DNA of 64,000 bases from Macrostomum lignano (taxonomy: Eukaryota). This document shows positions 26,690-38,135 of this stretch, piece after piece. The translations under genes and the position numbers were made by a program. The notes beneath the pieces were generated by a model, which was not told the origin of the DNA, ran no database searches, and saw only the letters and a program-made list of their open reading frames with translations. The stretch is taken from NCBI GenBank assembly GCA_002269645.1, contig NIVC01003123.1, positions 1 through 64,000 of the forward strand, given 5' to 3'. Position 1 is the stretch's first letter; the number at the start of each line of letters is the position of its first letter.

Positions 26690-27235
26690 CGGCGTGTTTA
26701 AAAAAAGTTTTTAATATGGGCTACCGGTTTCGAGCCTCTGGGCTCTTCGTCAGGCCAAAAATTTGTGTGTAATGCAATGCAAGTTGGTCTTTTAAGTATT
26801 ATTTTTCTTAGTGTGATAAAATTGATGAGTAGTTGTACATATGAGGGATATACATTTAAAACCCTGTTTTGCCTAGCTCTAACTTGTCCCAGAGGCTTTC
26901 CATTGTTCATTTTAATCGACAGTATATTTATTATATAGAAATTGTTTTTTTCGAAGTACTATACGATTAGATGGAATGCCGGTATTAAAGGTAGGAGCAT
27001 AAAAATCGATATTTGTGAGCACAATCAAGTAGTTTGAATAAAATAAACGTGAATAAATATTGTACTTCAATAGGGTAAAAAGAGCGCATTGGTTAAAATG
27101 ATTCAATGGTTTCCTGGCTGAGACTTGAACTTATTGGGAGCCAGGAGGCTCTGTAAGTTACGTTGCCGTGTAAATGCGGGTAGTATGCGGGAGCCTGGTT
27201 TATTTTGTAGCTTATCAAAGTTTTAGAGTAGAGTG
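26690..27235 (-). mobile_element. AT-rich insert, probable Penelope-like element pseudo-LTR/3' fragment
   Basis: The composition differs sharply from the flanks. On the minus strand it ends with a hammerhead motif followed by ATTAAA. No RT or GIY-YIG ORF is recognisable. Confidence 0.45.
26717..26757 (-). ncRNA. Minimal type I hammerhead ribozyme motif
   Basis: The minus strand reads UGGC CUGACGA A GAGCC CAGA GGCUC GAAA CCGG UA GCCCA. It has the conserved core, a 5-bp stem II, a palindromic ACCGGU stem III and a GUA cleavage triplet, but only 3 contiguous bp in stem I. Confidence 0.7.
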
Positions 27236-28689
27236 TTAGAGTAGATAGGGGAAGAGGGGAGAGTAGGCAGGGGAAGAGGCGTGAGTAGACATAGGAAGAG
27301 GGGAGAGTAGACATAGGAACAGGGGGAGAGTAGACATAGGAAGAGGGGGAGAGTAGACATAGGAAGAGGGGAGAGTAGACATAGGAACAGGGAGAGAGTA
27401 GACATAGGAAGAGGGGGAGAGTAGACATAGGAAGAGGGGAGAGTAGACATAGGAACAGGGGGAGAGTAGACATAGGAAGAGGGGGAGAGTAGACATAGGA
27501 AGAGGGGAGAGTAGACGAGGGAAGAGAGATGGGATAGCTGATGTGAACAGCTGTTTTAAGATCCCAGGATTTTTAAGTTAAATCGGGAATAAAGATCCGC
27601 TTAAGCTTTCTTAAGAAGCGCAACCGACAAATCCAGGATTAGCGAGAATTAAAAGCACAAAGGTGTCAAAAGTTGACGAAAGACCAAGGGAAAAGTTAAT
27701 GGGATCATTATTTACACAGGGGGGGGGCGCTAGTGGGCCTAAACAGAAGGCTGACAAATGGTGCAGAAATTCGGGAAAAGTGTCGATAAAAGAATTAGTA
27801 AAGGCCGCAGTGGGCTAGCTGGGCTTGACACCATATATATATATATAAGCTTCATTTGCCCGCTCCCTCCTACCACTGTGTTGCGGCGGCTGTCAGTAAT
27901 AAAATAAGCATCGCATTCAGGCAGTAATGACCCCGGGCGAATGGACCAGCGAGGGAGAGTGTGTGTGTGTGTGTGGGGGGGGGCAAGAGTGGCGTGAGCT
28001 GAGAGGCTCTCTGTCAATTTATCGGGCACTTTGCTAAAATGCAAAATAGCAGCTCGTATAGCAGCTTATTTGACTGTGGAAAATTTTGCTCGCGCTTGAG
28101 GTCACAGTTGCTATGCGGAAGACGGAAGAATACGGGTTTGAATGCGTGAATGAGAAAGGATAAGTCTCAGGGGAGATTCGGGAGAGAGAACAAGTCTCAG
28201 GGGAGATTCTCCAGAGCGGAAAAGTTCCTACTGCGATTCCCTAAAATTCAGTTCCGGCTACCCTGATGCATGCACGCTGCCCGAGCGCTATCCAGGTAAA
28301 GAAGAAGCAGATACGCAGGTAGGCGGCCTGTCCTTGTTAGCCAGACACGCGCAGGGCCTCTCAGCTTTTTAACCAACGAAGGCATTCCGATGCGTTCGAA
28401 CTGAAGCGAACGCAGTCTGTTATGTCTTGCACTTCATTTTTTGCGAGCGAGAAAGCAAACAGAATTGCTGCATTCTTGTCTGCTTTCAGTTTCTGGCGCA
28501 ACTGTCCATCCGTGGCGATTAGAAACCGGTGGGCGGGACCATGGATAACTAAAATTAGCTATCTGGATTGGAAACTTATTGCTGAAATTTAAATTCATCG
28601 AAGATGTTAAAGATACAATCAGATACAATGAGAAAAATCTGCTCAATGTTTTTCATTGAAAAGGATATTTCAACCTGAAGTAAAGATGT

Positions 28690-29640
28690 GTGTCCGTAGA
28701 TTCCAAAGCAGAGATGTGTGTCCGTAGATTCCAGAGCAGAGATGGGTGTCCATGGGAGACTCCAGAGCAGAGATGGGTGTCCATGGGAGATTCCAGAGCA
28801 GAGATGGGTGTCCATGGGAGACTCCAGAGCAGAGATGGGTGTCCATGGGAGATTCCAGAGCAGAGATGGGTGTCCATGGGAGATTCCAGAGCAGAGATGG
28901 GTGTCCATAGTGGAGATGGGTGTCCATGGGAGATTCCAGAGCAGAGATGGGTGTCCATAGTGGAGATGGGTGTCCATGGGAGATTCCAGAGCAGAGATGG
29001 GTGTCCATGGGAGATTCCAAAGTAGAGATGGGTGTCCATGGGAGATTCCAGAGCAGAGATGGGTGTCCATGGGAGATTCCAGAGCAGAGATGGGTGTCCA
29101 TGGGAGATTCCAGAGCAGAGATGGGTGTCCATGGGAGATTCCAGAGCAGAGATGGGTGTCCATGGGAGATTCCAGAGCAGAGATGGGTGTCCATGGGAGA
29201 TTCCAGAGCAGAGATGGGTGTCCATAGGGAGATTCCAGAGCAGAGATTGGTGTCCATAGGGAGATTCCAGAGCAGAGATTGGTGTCCATAGGGAGATTCC
29301 AGAGCAGAGATTGGTGTCCATAGTGGAGATGGGTGTCCATGGGAGATTCCAGAGCAGAGATTGGTGTCCATAGGGAGACTCCAGAGCAGAGATGGGTGTC
29401 CATAGTGGAGATGGGTGTCCATGGGAGATTCCAGAGCAGAGATTGGTGTCCATAGGGAGACTCCAGAGCAGAGATGGGTGTCCATAGTGGAGATGGGTGT
29501 CCATGGGAGATTCCAGAGCAGAGATTGGTGTCCATAGGGAGACTCCAGAGCAGAGATGGGTGTCCATAGTGGAGATGGGTGTCCATAGTGGAGATGGGTG
29601 TCCATAGTGGAGATGGGTGTCCATGGGAGACTCCAGAGCA
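28690..29640. repeat. 31-bp minisatellite (GGGAGATTCCAGAGCAGAGATGGGTGTCCAT) with interspersed 19-bp subunits
   Basis: Visible tandem units; source of ORFs 28576..29937 and neighbours. Confidence 0.95.
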
Positions 29641-30664
29641 GAGGGCAGCCCATCCAGATGCTCTATCTAGAGCCCCGTGGCAGGACTTTCGCATGAAAAG
29701 AGAGAGTGGGAAGTCAGAGTGAATGAGAGAGGAGTCAGCAGTGACGGGGCCTGACCCTTGCCTGGGTATCCCTATGATCCTCTGCGCAGCTCCAGCTAAA
29801 TCAGATTTCTGCTGCTTGATAAAATGGAAAATAGCTAAAGGAGAGAAAGATGAAGAGAGAGAGTTCTGGAGCCTGTGGCCAACACCCTGGGCCGAGATTT
29901 TCCCAAGAATTCCCCGCCTCCACCTTCCATTCCCCATTCGTTATTCGCCTCCCCAGCAAGCCTTGCTCCGCTGGGATTTCTGGCGAATGTTCATCTGCGT
30001 CTCCGCCCCGCAGTGTAGTGTTTACCGTTAGGCGCTAATCTTCTCTCCCCCTCTCTGATTTCCAATCTCGGCTTGAGTCACCCTGCGCTTTGCAATGAAA
30101 CTCGGCAGGTGGATCCGCCTCTGTCCTTTTCTCTACTGCTAATCTATCTAAAGGCGAAATCGCCTCGCTTCTGGTTTCTGCCCAGTTTTCTGCCCCCCCC
30201 CTCCAGGCCCGGAAGCCGGGGCGGTTCGGTGGCGGGACAGGCGGCCGCCTCTCCAGCGTAAATTCGATCTGTTTTGGCCGCTGCCGGCCCACCCGCCGCC
30301 TGTCGAGCAGCAGCCTCGAGGCAGGAATTGATTTTTTTCTCTTCTAGAAGAAGTCTAGGCCCGGCGTCTCTTCTAGAAATGTTGTGCAGCTTATTGACCT
30401 ATTCAGAAATGCTCCATATTTTGCACTTGGCTCATCGATTTGCACTTGATCTGGCCAACAGCAGGTAGCGGCGCTGGGGCTGCAAACAAGCGACAATGAG
30501 GACCACTTGCACTATTGCTGGGAATATAGGGAGCGGGGGGACTTTGGGAAGGAGGAGGTGCGACCCCATGCGCTTAGCGAATTTGCCTGATTTCGCTATA
30601 GTTTGTCTTCGGTTAGCTCTGCAATCTGCTTGCTTGCTTCACTAGCTCAATATCGAACTTCGAA

Positions 30665-31055
30665 GAGAGGGAGAAGAGAGGGAGAAGAGAGGTAGAAGAG
30701 AGGGTGAAGAGAGGGAGAAGAGAGGGAGAAGAGAGGGAGAAGAGAGGTAGAAGAGAGGGTGAAGAGAGGGAGAAGAGAGGGAGAAGAGAGGTAGAAGAGA
30801 GGGAGAAGAGAGGGAGAAGAGAGGGAGAAGAGAGGGAGAAGAGAGGGAGAAGAGAGGGAGAAGAGAGGGAGAAGAGAGGGAGAAGAGAGGGAGAAGAGAG
30901 GTAGAAGAGAGGGAGAAGAGAGGGAGAAGAGAGGGAGAAGAGAGGGAGAAGAGAGGTAGAAGAGAGGGAGAAGAGAGGGAGAAGAGAGGGAGAAGAGAGG
31001 GAGAAGAGAGGGAGAAGAGAGGGAGAAGAGAGGGAGAAGAGAGGGAGAAGAGAGG
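30665..31055. repeat. 11-bp purine repeat (GGGAGAAGAGA)n
   Basis: Direct reading. Confidence 0.95.
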
Positions 31056-31063
31056 GCTTAAAG

Positions 31064-31448
31064 CAGGAATCGGCAAACTTTTTTGCCTCAAGGGCCATAT
31101 AAAAAATCCAACTCATGGCTGCGTGCCAGGTGATAGAGGAAAGGAGAGAGAATAGAAGATGAGAGGCGAGAAGAGAGGCGAGAGATGGAATGAGAGAAGA
31201 GCTATGTTGTGGGATAAGAGGAGAGTAGAAGGGAGAGAGGGGAGGGGAAATGAAAGGAGAAGAGGGAGAGAGGAGAGAAGAAAAGAGGAAAAGAGAGGGA
31301 GAGAGGAGATGGGAAAGAACAAGAGAGGATAGGGAAGAGAGGAGAGGAGTGAAGAGAAACTTAAGCGGGCCGGATTGCTAGTGTGAAGTTTCAAAAGACC
31401 TGAGGGCAGGAGAGAGAGGCCTCGCGGTCCGGACTTTACCGACCCCTG
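31064..31448. mobile_element. hAT (Charlie-type) MITE, 385 bp
   Basis: TIRs CAGGAATCGGCAAACTT ... GGACTTTACCGACCCCTG. The 8-bp TSD GCTTAAAG occurs at 31056-31063 and 31449-31456. Confidence 0.85.
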
Positions 31449-32129
31449 GCTTAAAGGGACTTTAGGGGGGGGGGGATGAGTTAGAGGGGGATATGATAGA
31501 GAGAACAGAAAGGAGAATGGAGTGAGAGGAGATGAAAGACAGGAGACGGGAGCCAGGAGAAACGGTACGGGAGACAGGGGACAGGGGACAGGGGACAGGA
31601 GACAGGTTAGACAGCGGAAGGAGAGTGGAGTGAGAGGAGACAGGAGAAAGGAGGGGAAGAGAGGTGAGAGGAGGCAGAGGCGACAGAACAGGAGAGTGAG
31701 AAAGACAGAGAGAGACAGCAAGGACAAGAGAGAAAGCGCAGAGCTCGCAGCGCAATTATTGCTAGTAAACTAGGTTCCGCACAGCCGCAAGCAGCCGTGG
31801 GAAGCTCCCATCAATTATTCCCCAAAGATAAATGCAGGGATAATTCCGCCCTCTCCAAAAAGAATTCTGCAGTCAGTATAAGAGGATGGAGAGTCGTGTC
31901 TTTAAAAATGCCACCATATACAGAAGCCAGAAGTCCCGGCCCAGCTTGTCCCAGTGGCCAACTGTTTATTACGAGATGAAATAAATCCGGTCTCCCACGG
32001 ACTTATGGCGCAGAAGTGCAACGCATGTAATAAGAAAGATAGACAGGGGTTGCTAGTTGGAGATGAGCGAAGGAGCTCCGGCAGTTTGTGGACCGATTCG
32101 GCGGCATGGATACATAACATATAACTTTG

Positions 32130-32502
32130 ATGAGAACCCGGGGAAATGAGAGCGGAGCCCAGCGTCACCGGGCATTCCGGACTGGAAACTCACTCGAGCC
32201 AGAGGAAATCTTCTTATCTCGATGCCAATGCTCTTTACCTACTAGTGCGGAGGCACCTCCTGCCTTATCCCATCGACTTCCCTCCCATCCGAAAAAACTT
32301 CACTTGCCCGGATCCCCTTGGACAGGCCGCCCCGCCTCGCCCAGCCTATTTTTCTCTCTTCAGCTTGGCAAGCAATCGCAGCTGCTTGTGAATCCCTGGA
32401 GTCCTCATCGGTTTGCGTTCCCGGTTCCCCCCTCTCTCTCTCTCTGTTTTACTGGACGATTTGGCTCACGGACTCAACTGATTCAGAGCAGAGCAAAAGA
32501 GG
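32130..32502 (+). CDS. Weak candidate alternative first exon (124 codons + 1 nt)
   Basis: The frame is open from ATG 32130 to the donor G|GTGAGT at 32503 in phase 1, but the peptide does not look typically coding. Confidence 0.25.
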
Positions 32503-33009
32503 GTGAGTGCGGCTGATATTCGGGAGAGAAACTTGTGCTCCAATCTGCATTGCAACTCGAAGTCCGACTTCTTAATTTGAGCTTAGCAGGGACTGGAACT
32601 ACTAAAGAGTATACTCAGCAACATTGAAAAGCCGCCACTCCATGCGCCAGTGAGCAATTTCTCTTGGACTATTCTGAAATAAAAGATACGAGAAAACTGA
32701 TCGGGGTAGCTTTAATCCGTCCAACCCTCGCACACCGCTCCCCCCACTTCATTCCTCAACTCAAGTCCGCCGAGGCGTCGCTAAGTTGCGTCACTCGCAA
32801 AGATTGAGAGACTGACAGAAGACGGAATCTTCTGTGATGGTGACTTTCCGATATTGCTGAGTATACATTTCTGCTGCAGAATGGAGGCGCTAAATATTGG
32901 AACTCCAGCACCTTTTTCGGTACAGTAACTAGCAAAACACACTTGCCACTCCAAGTCACAGTACATCACTACAACATTAAATCAGTATACCATATTTTTG
33001 TTAGACTAT

Positions 33010-33324
33010 AGAGGCAGAGGGACTGTGTGCACTCTGGCGCACTTTAAGCGAAATTGTCACACAACCGGCGAGAGGCATTACTGCCCATTCCGCCGACTCC
33101 TCTGAGCAGTCATACGCACAGGCACACACTCACACAGGAGTGTACAGCGGTCCTAACTTTATTTATCGATAGGCATGTACACTTCACTGTGCCTTGGGGG
33201 TTGGCACGAGCAGAGCCAAGCCGAGATTCCAATTTAGCCCCAAATTAATGCGACTGCACTGGGAATCGAGCCTGGGCCGCTGGCACATCGGATCGCCGCG
33301 CTAGACCGCTGGGCTACGGCCCCC
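33010..33324 (-). mobile_element. tRNA-derived SINE family 2 copy
   Basis: The minus-strand head GGGGCCGTAGCCCAGCGG...GGCTCGATTCC carries A- and B-box-like motifs. The copy is near-identical to 35300-35673. Confidence 0.8.
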
Positions 33325-34954
33325 ATCATGCCAATACATCACTGCATCATTACATCGCTACAGAATTATGAGCTACATCATTACACCATTAGCCCATTGC
33401 ATCGTTTCATCAATATACTTTGTTAAATAAAGTATAGTTTTTTCAGAGCATTGTGGGTATACTAATTAGCACAGAAACAAAAACGGATTCCTCATCCCAG
33501 CCTTCATCTCAGCTCTGTCTTGAGTTCTGCTGCAAGCCTGCAAGCCACCATCAACGCTGGAAAGAAAAGCGGCTGGACAAGAGCTAGACTCGGCTCTGAG
33601 CCCCATCAATCAAGGCCAATGCTTAGATATACAGCTCTGGTCATCTCCCACCTATCCGGTATCAACTCTGCTACAAGAGGCGCACGCAGGGCTGAAGCAA
33701 AGCATTTCCCCCTTCTTTCTCTTTAATGCTTTCTTCGTTTCCCCTGGGGAGTTGCCTTCTCGGTAATTAGGCCCCACTTCAAATTTCTGTCCCAGACGCT
33801 GGCCACCCGCCTCCCCTCCTCGCCCTGCCCCAGCCGGCTCAGCAGGGCCCGGACAGCCGCCTGCCATCTCCGGTGCATAAAAAGGCGATGATTATCTCGG
33901 GAGCTGCGACTGAACAAAAAATGAGTAACACGAGAGGCAGGCAGCCTCAGACCAACAGTCTGTAATTCAACGATTTTGGAAACTCAGCAGCAAACTGAGA
34001 ACTGATGATGCATTTATTGCACTTATTCCGCAGAGCTGAAAAAGAAATGCGACTTTCCCCCCTCTGCCACCCCCCACCTGAAGCCAGCCCCATTAAACTT
34101 GCCGCACTCCTAACCGGCGGTCCTTCTGCACTCCTGTCCGTCACTTTCTGTTAAAACAGCGCCAGTTGCTGCTGCTGTTCCCCTTCCTCTCCTGCCTGCC
34201 TCTCTCTTCCTGTCTCCCACTCGCCTGCTTGGATCCAGAGTGTCAGGACCGCAGATTCCCAAGCCACACAGGGACATAGAGAGGTGAACATTGTGTGTCT
34301 AAAAATGTTAAATGAATAGGTTATGCCGAAAAGTTACTAGCTAGAGATCAAAAAAATAGAAACTGCGTCTATGCTTTTGCTTCTGCATTTTTTAACTGGA
34401 CTGTACTTCAAATACTACTAGTTAATGCTGAATCAGTAGTATCGCGCGGATTAGCATAGACTTTGCAATTCAATACCAAGAAGAAGCTGACGCAGTGAAT
34501 TTAAGAGAGCTCAGGCAGAAACCAGGGAGGAGATAGACCGTGAGACAGCGAGGGGACGGAGAGAGAGAGAGAAGATAAGGATAGGGAGATGAAAAAGAAG
34601 AAGACTTGTTTTCAGCGTCTACCGCAGTCCCAGCGGGTTTGAGCCAGTGGCCCTGGTCACACAGCGTCCAGTGAGGGAAGAGAAATTAACACTGACCCTT
34701 GCGGTGGAGGGCGAGTGTGCTGGCTGAGAGGGGCAGGCATAAAATAGGGTCTTTGGAACATCTCGCTGAAGCCGAGAGTGACAGTGCGTGAGAGAGAGAG
34801 CCTGGATCTCCGGATGAGAGCATGAAGTGGGTTTTTTAACTGCTTCTCAACTTTCCAATGCTCGCAATGAGATGCAGCCGCCGTTTGTGCGTGTCGCTCC
34901 CAGCGGTTTCTGCTAGGCTGAACCCTGGGTCTTGGGGACGGCTTGGGAAAGCAG

Positions 34955-35299
34955 TTTGGGGTTTGTGTAGTTTGGGGTTTGTGTGGTTTGGGGTTTGTTT
35001 AGTTTGAGGTTTGTGTAGTTTGGGGTTTGTGTAGTTTGGGGTTTGTGTAGTTTGAGGTTTGTGTAGTTTGGGGTTTGTGTAGTTTGGGGTTTGTGTAGTT
35101 TGGGGTTTGTGTAGTTTGAGGTTTGTGTAGTTTAGGGTTTGTGTAGTTTGGGGTTTGTGTAGTTTGGGGTTTGTGTAGTTTGGGGTTTGTGTAGTTTGGG
35201 GTTTGTGTAGTTTGAGGTTTGTGTAGTTTGGGGTTTGTGTAGTTTGAGGTTTGTGTAGTTTGGGGTTTGTGTAGTTTAGGGTTTGTGTAGTTTAGGGTT
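34955..35299. repeat. 16-bp G-rich minisatellite (TTTGTGTAGTTTGGGG)
   Basis: About 21 units; the array resumes briefly after the SINE at 35675-35720. Confidence 0.93.
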
Positions 35300-35673
35300 A
35301 TTTTTTTTATTAGAGGCAGGGGGGTTGTGTGCACCCTGGCGCACTTTAGGCGACATTGGCACACAACCGGCGAGAGGCATTACTGCCCATTCCGCCGACT
35401 CCCCTGAGCAGGCATACAAGCGCGCGGATACGTACGCAGTCATACGCACAGGCACACACTCACACAGGAGTGTACAGCGGCCCTAACTTTATATTATCGT
35501 TAGGCATGTACACTTCACTGTACCTTGGGGGGTTGGCTCTCAAGGCCGTTAATTGCACAAGCGAGCCAAGCCGAAATTCCAATTCAGCCCCAAATTAATG
35601 TGGCTGCACTTGGAATCGAGCCTGGGTCGCGGCACACCAGAGCAGCTGCGCTACCGCTGGGCTACGGCCCCCC
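35300..35673 (-). mobile_element. tRNA-derived SINE family 2 copy with A-rich tail and 14-bp TSD
   Basis: TGTAGTTTAGGGTT is duplicated at 35286-35299 and 35675-35688, and a T-run at 35300-35310 marks the tail. Confidence 0.85.
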
Positions 35674-35985
35674 TTGTAGTTTAGGGTTTGTGTAGTTTGG
35701 GGTTTGTGTAGTTTGGGATTTGTGAATTTTGGAATCTGTGAAGTTTGAAATCTGTGAAGTTTTGAGTTTGTGACACCCCGTTCGAAACCCGAGTGATCCT
35801 TTTCACTGAAGATTCACTCTCTAGAACTCCCGGCCTTCGTCCTCAACTCAATCGCCTTGGTCGCCCCGCGGGCTGGCGAGGAGTTCATACAAGAATTCCA
35901 GGCAGAGTGGGCGAGGCCCAGAGACCTGTGTGTGTGTGTGCGTGTGTGTGGCGAACTTATCTCATTTGGCCAGTCGCTTTGAGCT

Positions 35986-36774
35986 CTCAAGCTTTGAGCT
36001 TTTGTCTCGCTTTGGGATCTATCTGGGCAGACTGGGTGGGAGGGGATGCGATCTTCGTTAATCCCGCGCTGCGATTGCCTTTCTAACCCCCCCCCCCCCA
36101 GCAGCTCTCATCGGCTCTATAGGATCCTAGTTTTTTAACAGTTGGAGTTCTTTAGACTGTCAGCAACTAGGTTGGATCTTCGCTAAAGCCTGGTAGCCAA
36201 TACCTGACCGCTGCTCCAACCTCTCCCCCTCTCTCTCTGCTCTCCTCCCTTCGGGACAGCCGCCGCAGTTGATTGCAATTGAAGCCGCAGCTGCATCTTC
36301 GGCTGGAGAAACTGAAACCTCCTCAGACAGCGGGGTGGGGTGGGGGCAGCTAAGACTGAGAAGCTAAGCAGCTAAGCAGCTGAGCAGCTAAGCTAAGACT
36401 CAAGCTTTGAGCTTTTGTCTCGCTTTGGGATCTATCTGGGCAGACTGGGTGGGAGGGGATGCGATCTTCGTTAATCCCGCGCTGCGATTGCCTTTCTAAC
36501 CCCCCCCCCCCAGCAGCTCTCATCGGCTCTATAGGATCCTAGTTTTTTAACAGTTGGAGTTCTTTAGACTGTCAGCAACTAGGTTGGATCTTCGCTAAAG
36601 CCTGGTAGCCAATACCTGACCGCTGCTCCAACCTCTCCCCCTCTCTCTCTGCTCTCCTCCCTTCGGGACAGCCGCCGCAGTTGATTGCAATTGAAGCCGC
36701 AGCTGCATCTTCGGCTGGAGAAACTGAAACCTCCTCAGACAGCGGGGTGGGGTGGGGGCAGCTAAGACTGAGAA
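35986..36774. repeat. Recent ~377-bp tandem duplication with a 36-bp junction filler
   Basis: Copies 35986-36362 and 36399-36774 look identical by eye except for poly-C length. Confidence 0.93.
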
Positions 36775-36825
36775 AAGGTTTCCAATGGGGTCACTGAGGC
36801 ACACTTTTAAACTAACACCGACTTT

Positions 36826-36854
36826 GTTGCACGCGGCAACTCGGTGCTATAAAA
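36826..36854 (+). promoter_or_regulatory. RFX X-box-like palindrome next to a TATA box
   Basis: GTTGCACGCGGCAAC at 36826-36840 and TATAAAA at 36848-36854. Confidence 0.4.
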
Positions 36855-37823
36855 TCGCCGAATCCCCACAGCAGCCCGTGCACTTTTGTCGGGCCCGCAA
36901 TCAAATTTCCTTGGCCTCGGTCCCGAGATAGGGCAGGCTTGACCTCGCAGCGCCGCTAGCAGTCCCTAGAGGGCTTGGCTGATCAAGCATTAGTTCATTG
37001 AGCCGGCCATTCAACTGGGGAGGGGGGGTTAACTTTCGTGTCAATGGGAAAAATGAATGAATAAGGAGGGCGGCGGGTCAGGGCTACTCTCAGCTCCCAG
37101 TTCCATAGTTCTGCTGCTAATAGAAGAGCTTTCACCTCCCATTCTCGGCGCCCATCTAGCTGCCTAGCAAGGAACACGGGAAATTCCAGCATGGAATTTA
37201 TGCCGATGATGGCGCGGTGCTGATGATGATTAAGGAGCTGGGACGAGATGCTGGGAGAGCTGCATAACCGAGAAAAACACACACTGGGAGGAGTCGTGTG
37301 GGCGGCCGCCACTTTTCTCTCCCACTCCTAGCGGTTGCCGGGCACCCCTGCTCAATACCCTCCCGCCAGCGGGCCCGGCCCCAGCATCTCAGCTCTCAGC
37401 CCCTCTATTTGCTAAATCAGTCCCTGTCCCCGGGCTCCTGGCGTACTCAATCTCCTATCCTGGGGCAGCTCCCCTCCCCCCAGTCCCGACTCTCTACCCC
37501 CGCCCCACCCCAACCCCAAGAAGATCCCCCACCGACCCTCACTGGCCGTTTGGCAAGGTGGAGGATGGTGGGAGGGCCCGCCGGGGGGCGCCAGAGGAGA
37601 GGGCGGAGGCAGCGGTGCTCACATAATGACAGCGGGGCCACGGGCGCGGGGGGGGAGAGGTGGACACGAAGAGGGGGAAGAAGACAGCGGCAGCAGCAGC
37701 GTGGCCGTTCTTTCGGTCCTTGGTAGTGAAAGCTGAAAAATAAGATAGGAAGAAATAAAATAGCGAGCGCCAAGCAAGAGGAGCAGAGGAAGGCCAGGAC
37801 CGAACCAGTAGAGACAGCCCGTG

Positions 37824-37968
37824 ATGAGCGGCGGCAGCACCAAGGCGATTCCGGGCGACGAAGACAACGAAATTATTGAACACTGCGACGGCGAAGGAGC
37901 ATCCGGCGGCATGGCCGAGAGTTTTGGCGCAGCTTCCACCACCCCGATGAAGCCTGGCTACGATGTCA
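37824..37968 (+). CDS. Candidate alternative first coding exon of the stomatin gene (MSGGSTKAIPGDEDNEIIEHCDGEGASGGMAESFGAASTTPMKPGYDV)
   Basis: In-frame ATGs at 37824 and 37911, 145 nt (3n+1), donor A|GTGAGT in phase 1, coding-like composition. Confidence 0.65.
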
Positions 37969-38121
37969 GTGAGTGGCGGGTTTCATTGACTTGAGTCCGC
38001 TCTCTAGCCATCCGCTGTTCTGCAGTACAAATTTAGAATAAATATTTTTATTACGGATTCCGCGACTGGCGGACCCTTCCGACTTCCCTTGGGGAGGCGG
38101 GGGCATTTTGGAATGCGATGC

Positions 38122-38135
38122 GTTGCCATGACGAC
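38122..38135. promoter_or_regulatory. 14-bp X-box (GTTGCCATGACGAC)
   Basis: Fits the RFX/DAF-19 consensus RYYNYY-WW-RRNRAC and lies about 150 bp into the intron after exon 37824-37968. Confidence 0.4.

Larger units (their letters stand above)
26300..27530. repeat. Purine-rich ~23-24-bp minisatellite (GAGAGTAGACATAGGAAGAGGGG) interrupted at about 26690-27235 by an AT-rich insert
   Basis: The same units, including GGGGAAGAGGCGTGAGTAGACATAGGAAGAGGGG, occur on both sides of the insert. Confidence 0.85.

Noticed and set aside
30380-30468. ATG...AG|GTAGCG candidate first exon
   Set aside because: Phase 2, a weak donor and AT-rich composition.
35130-35690. TTAGGG as an interstitial telomere
   Set aside because: Only isolated hexamers occur within 16-bp units; there is no tandem (TTAGGG)n.
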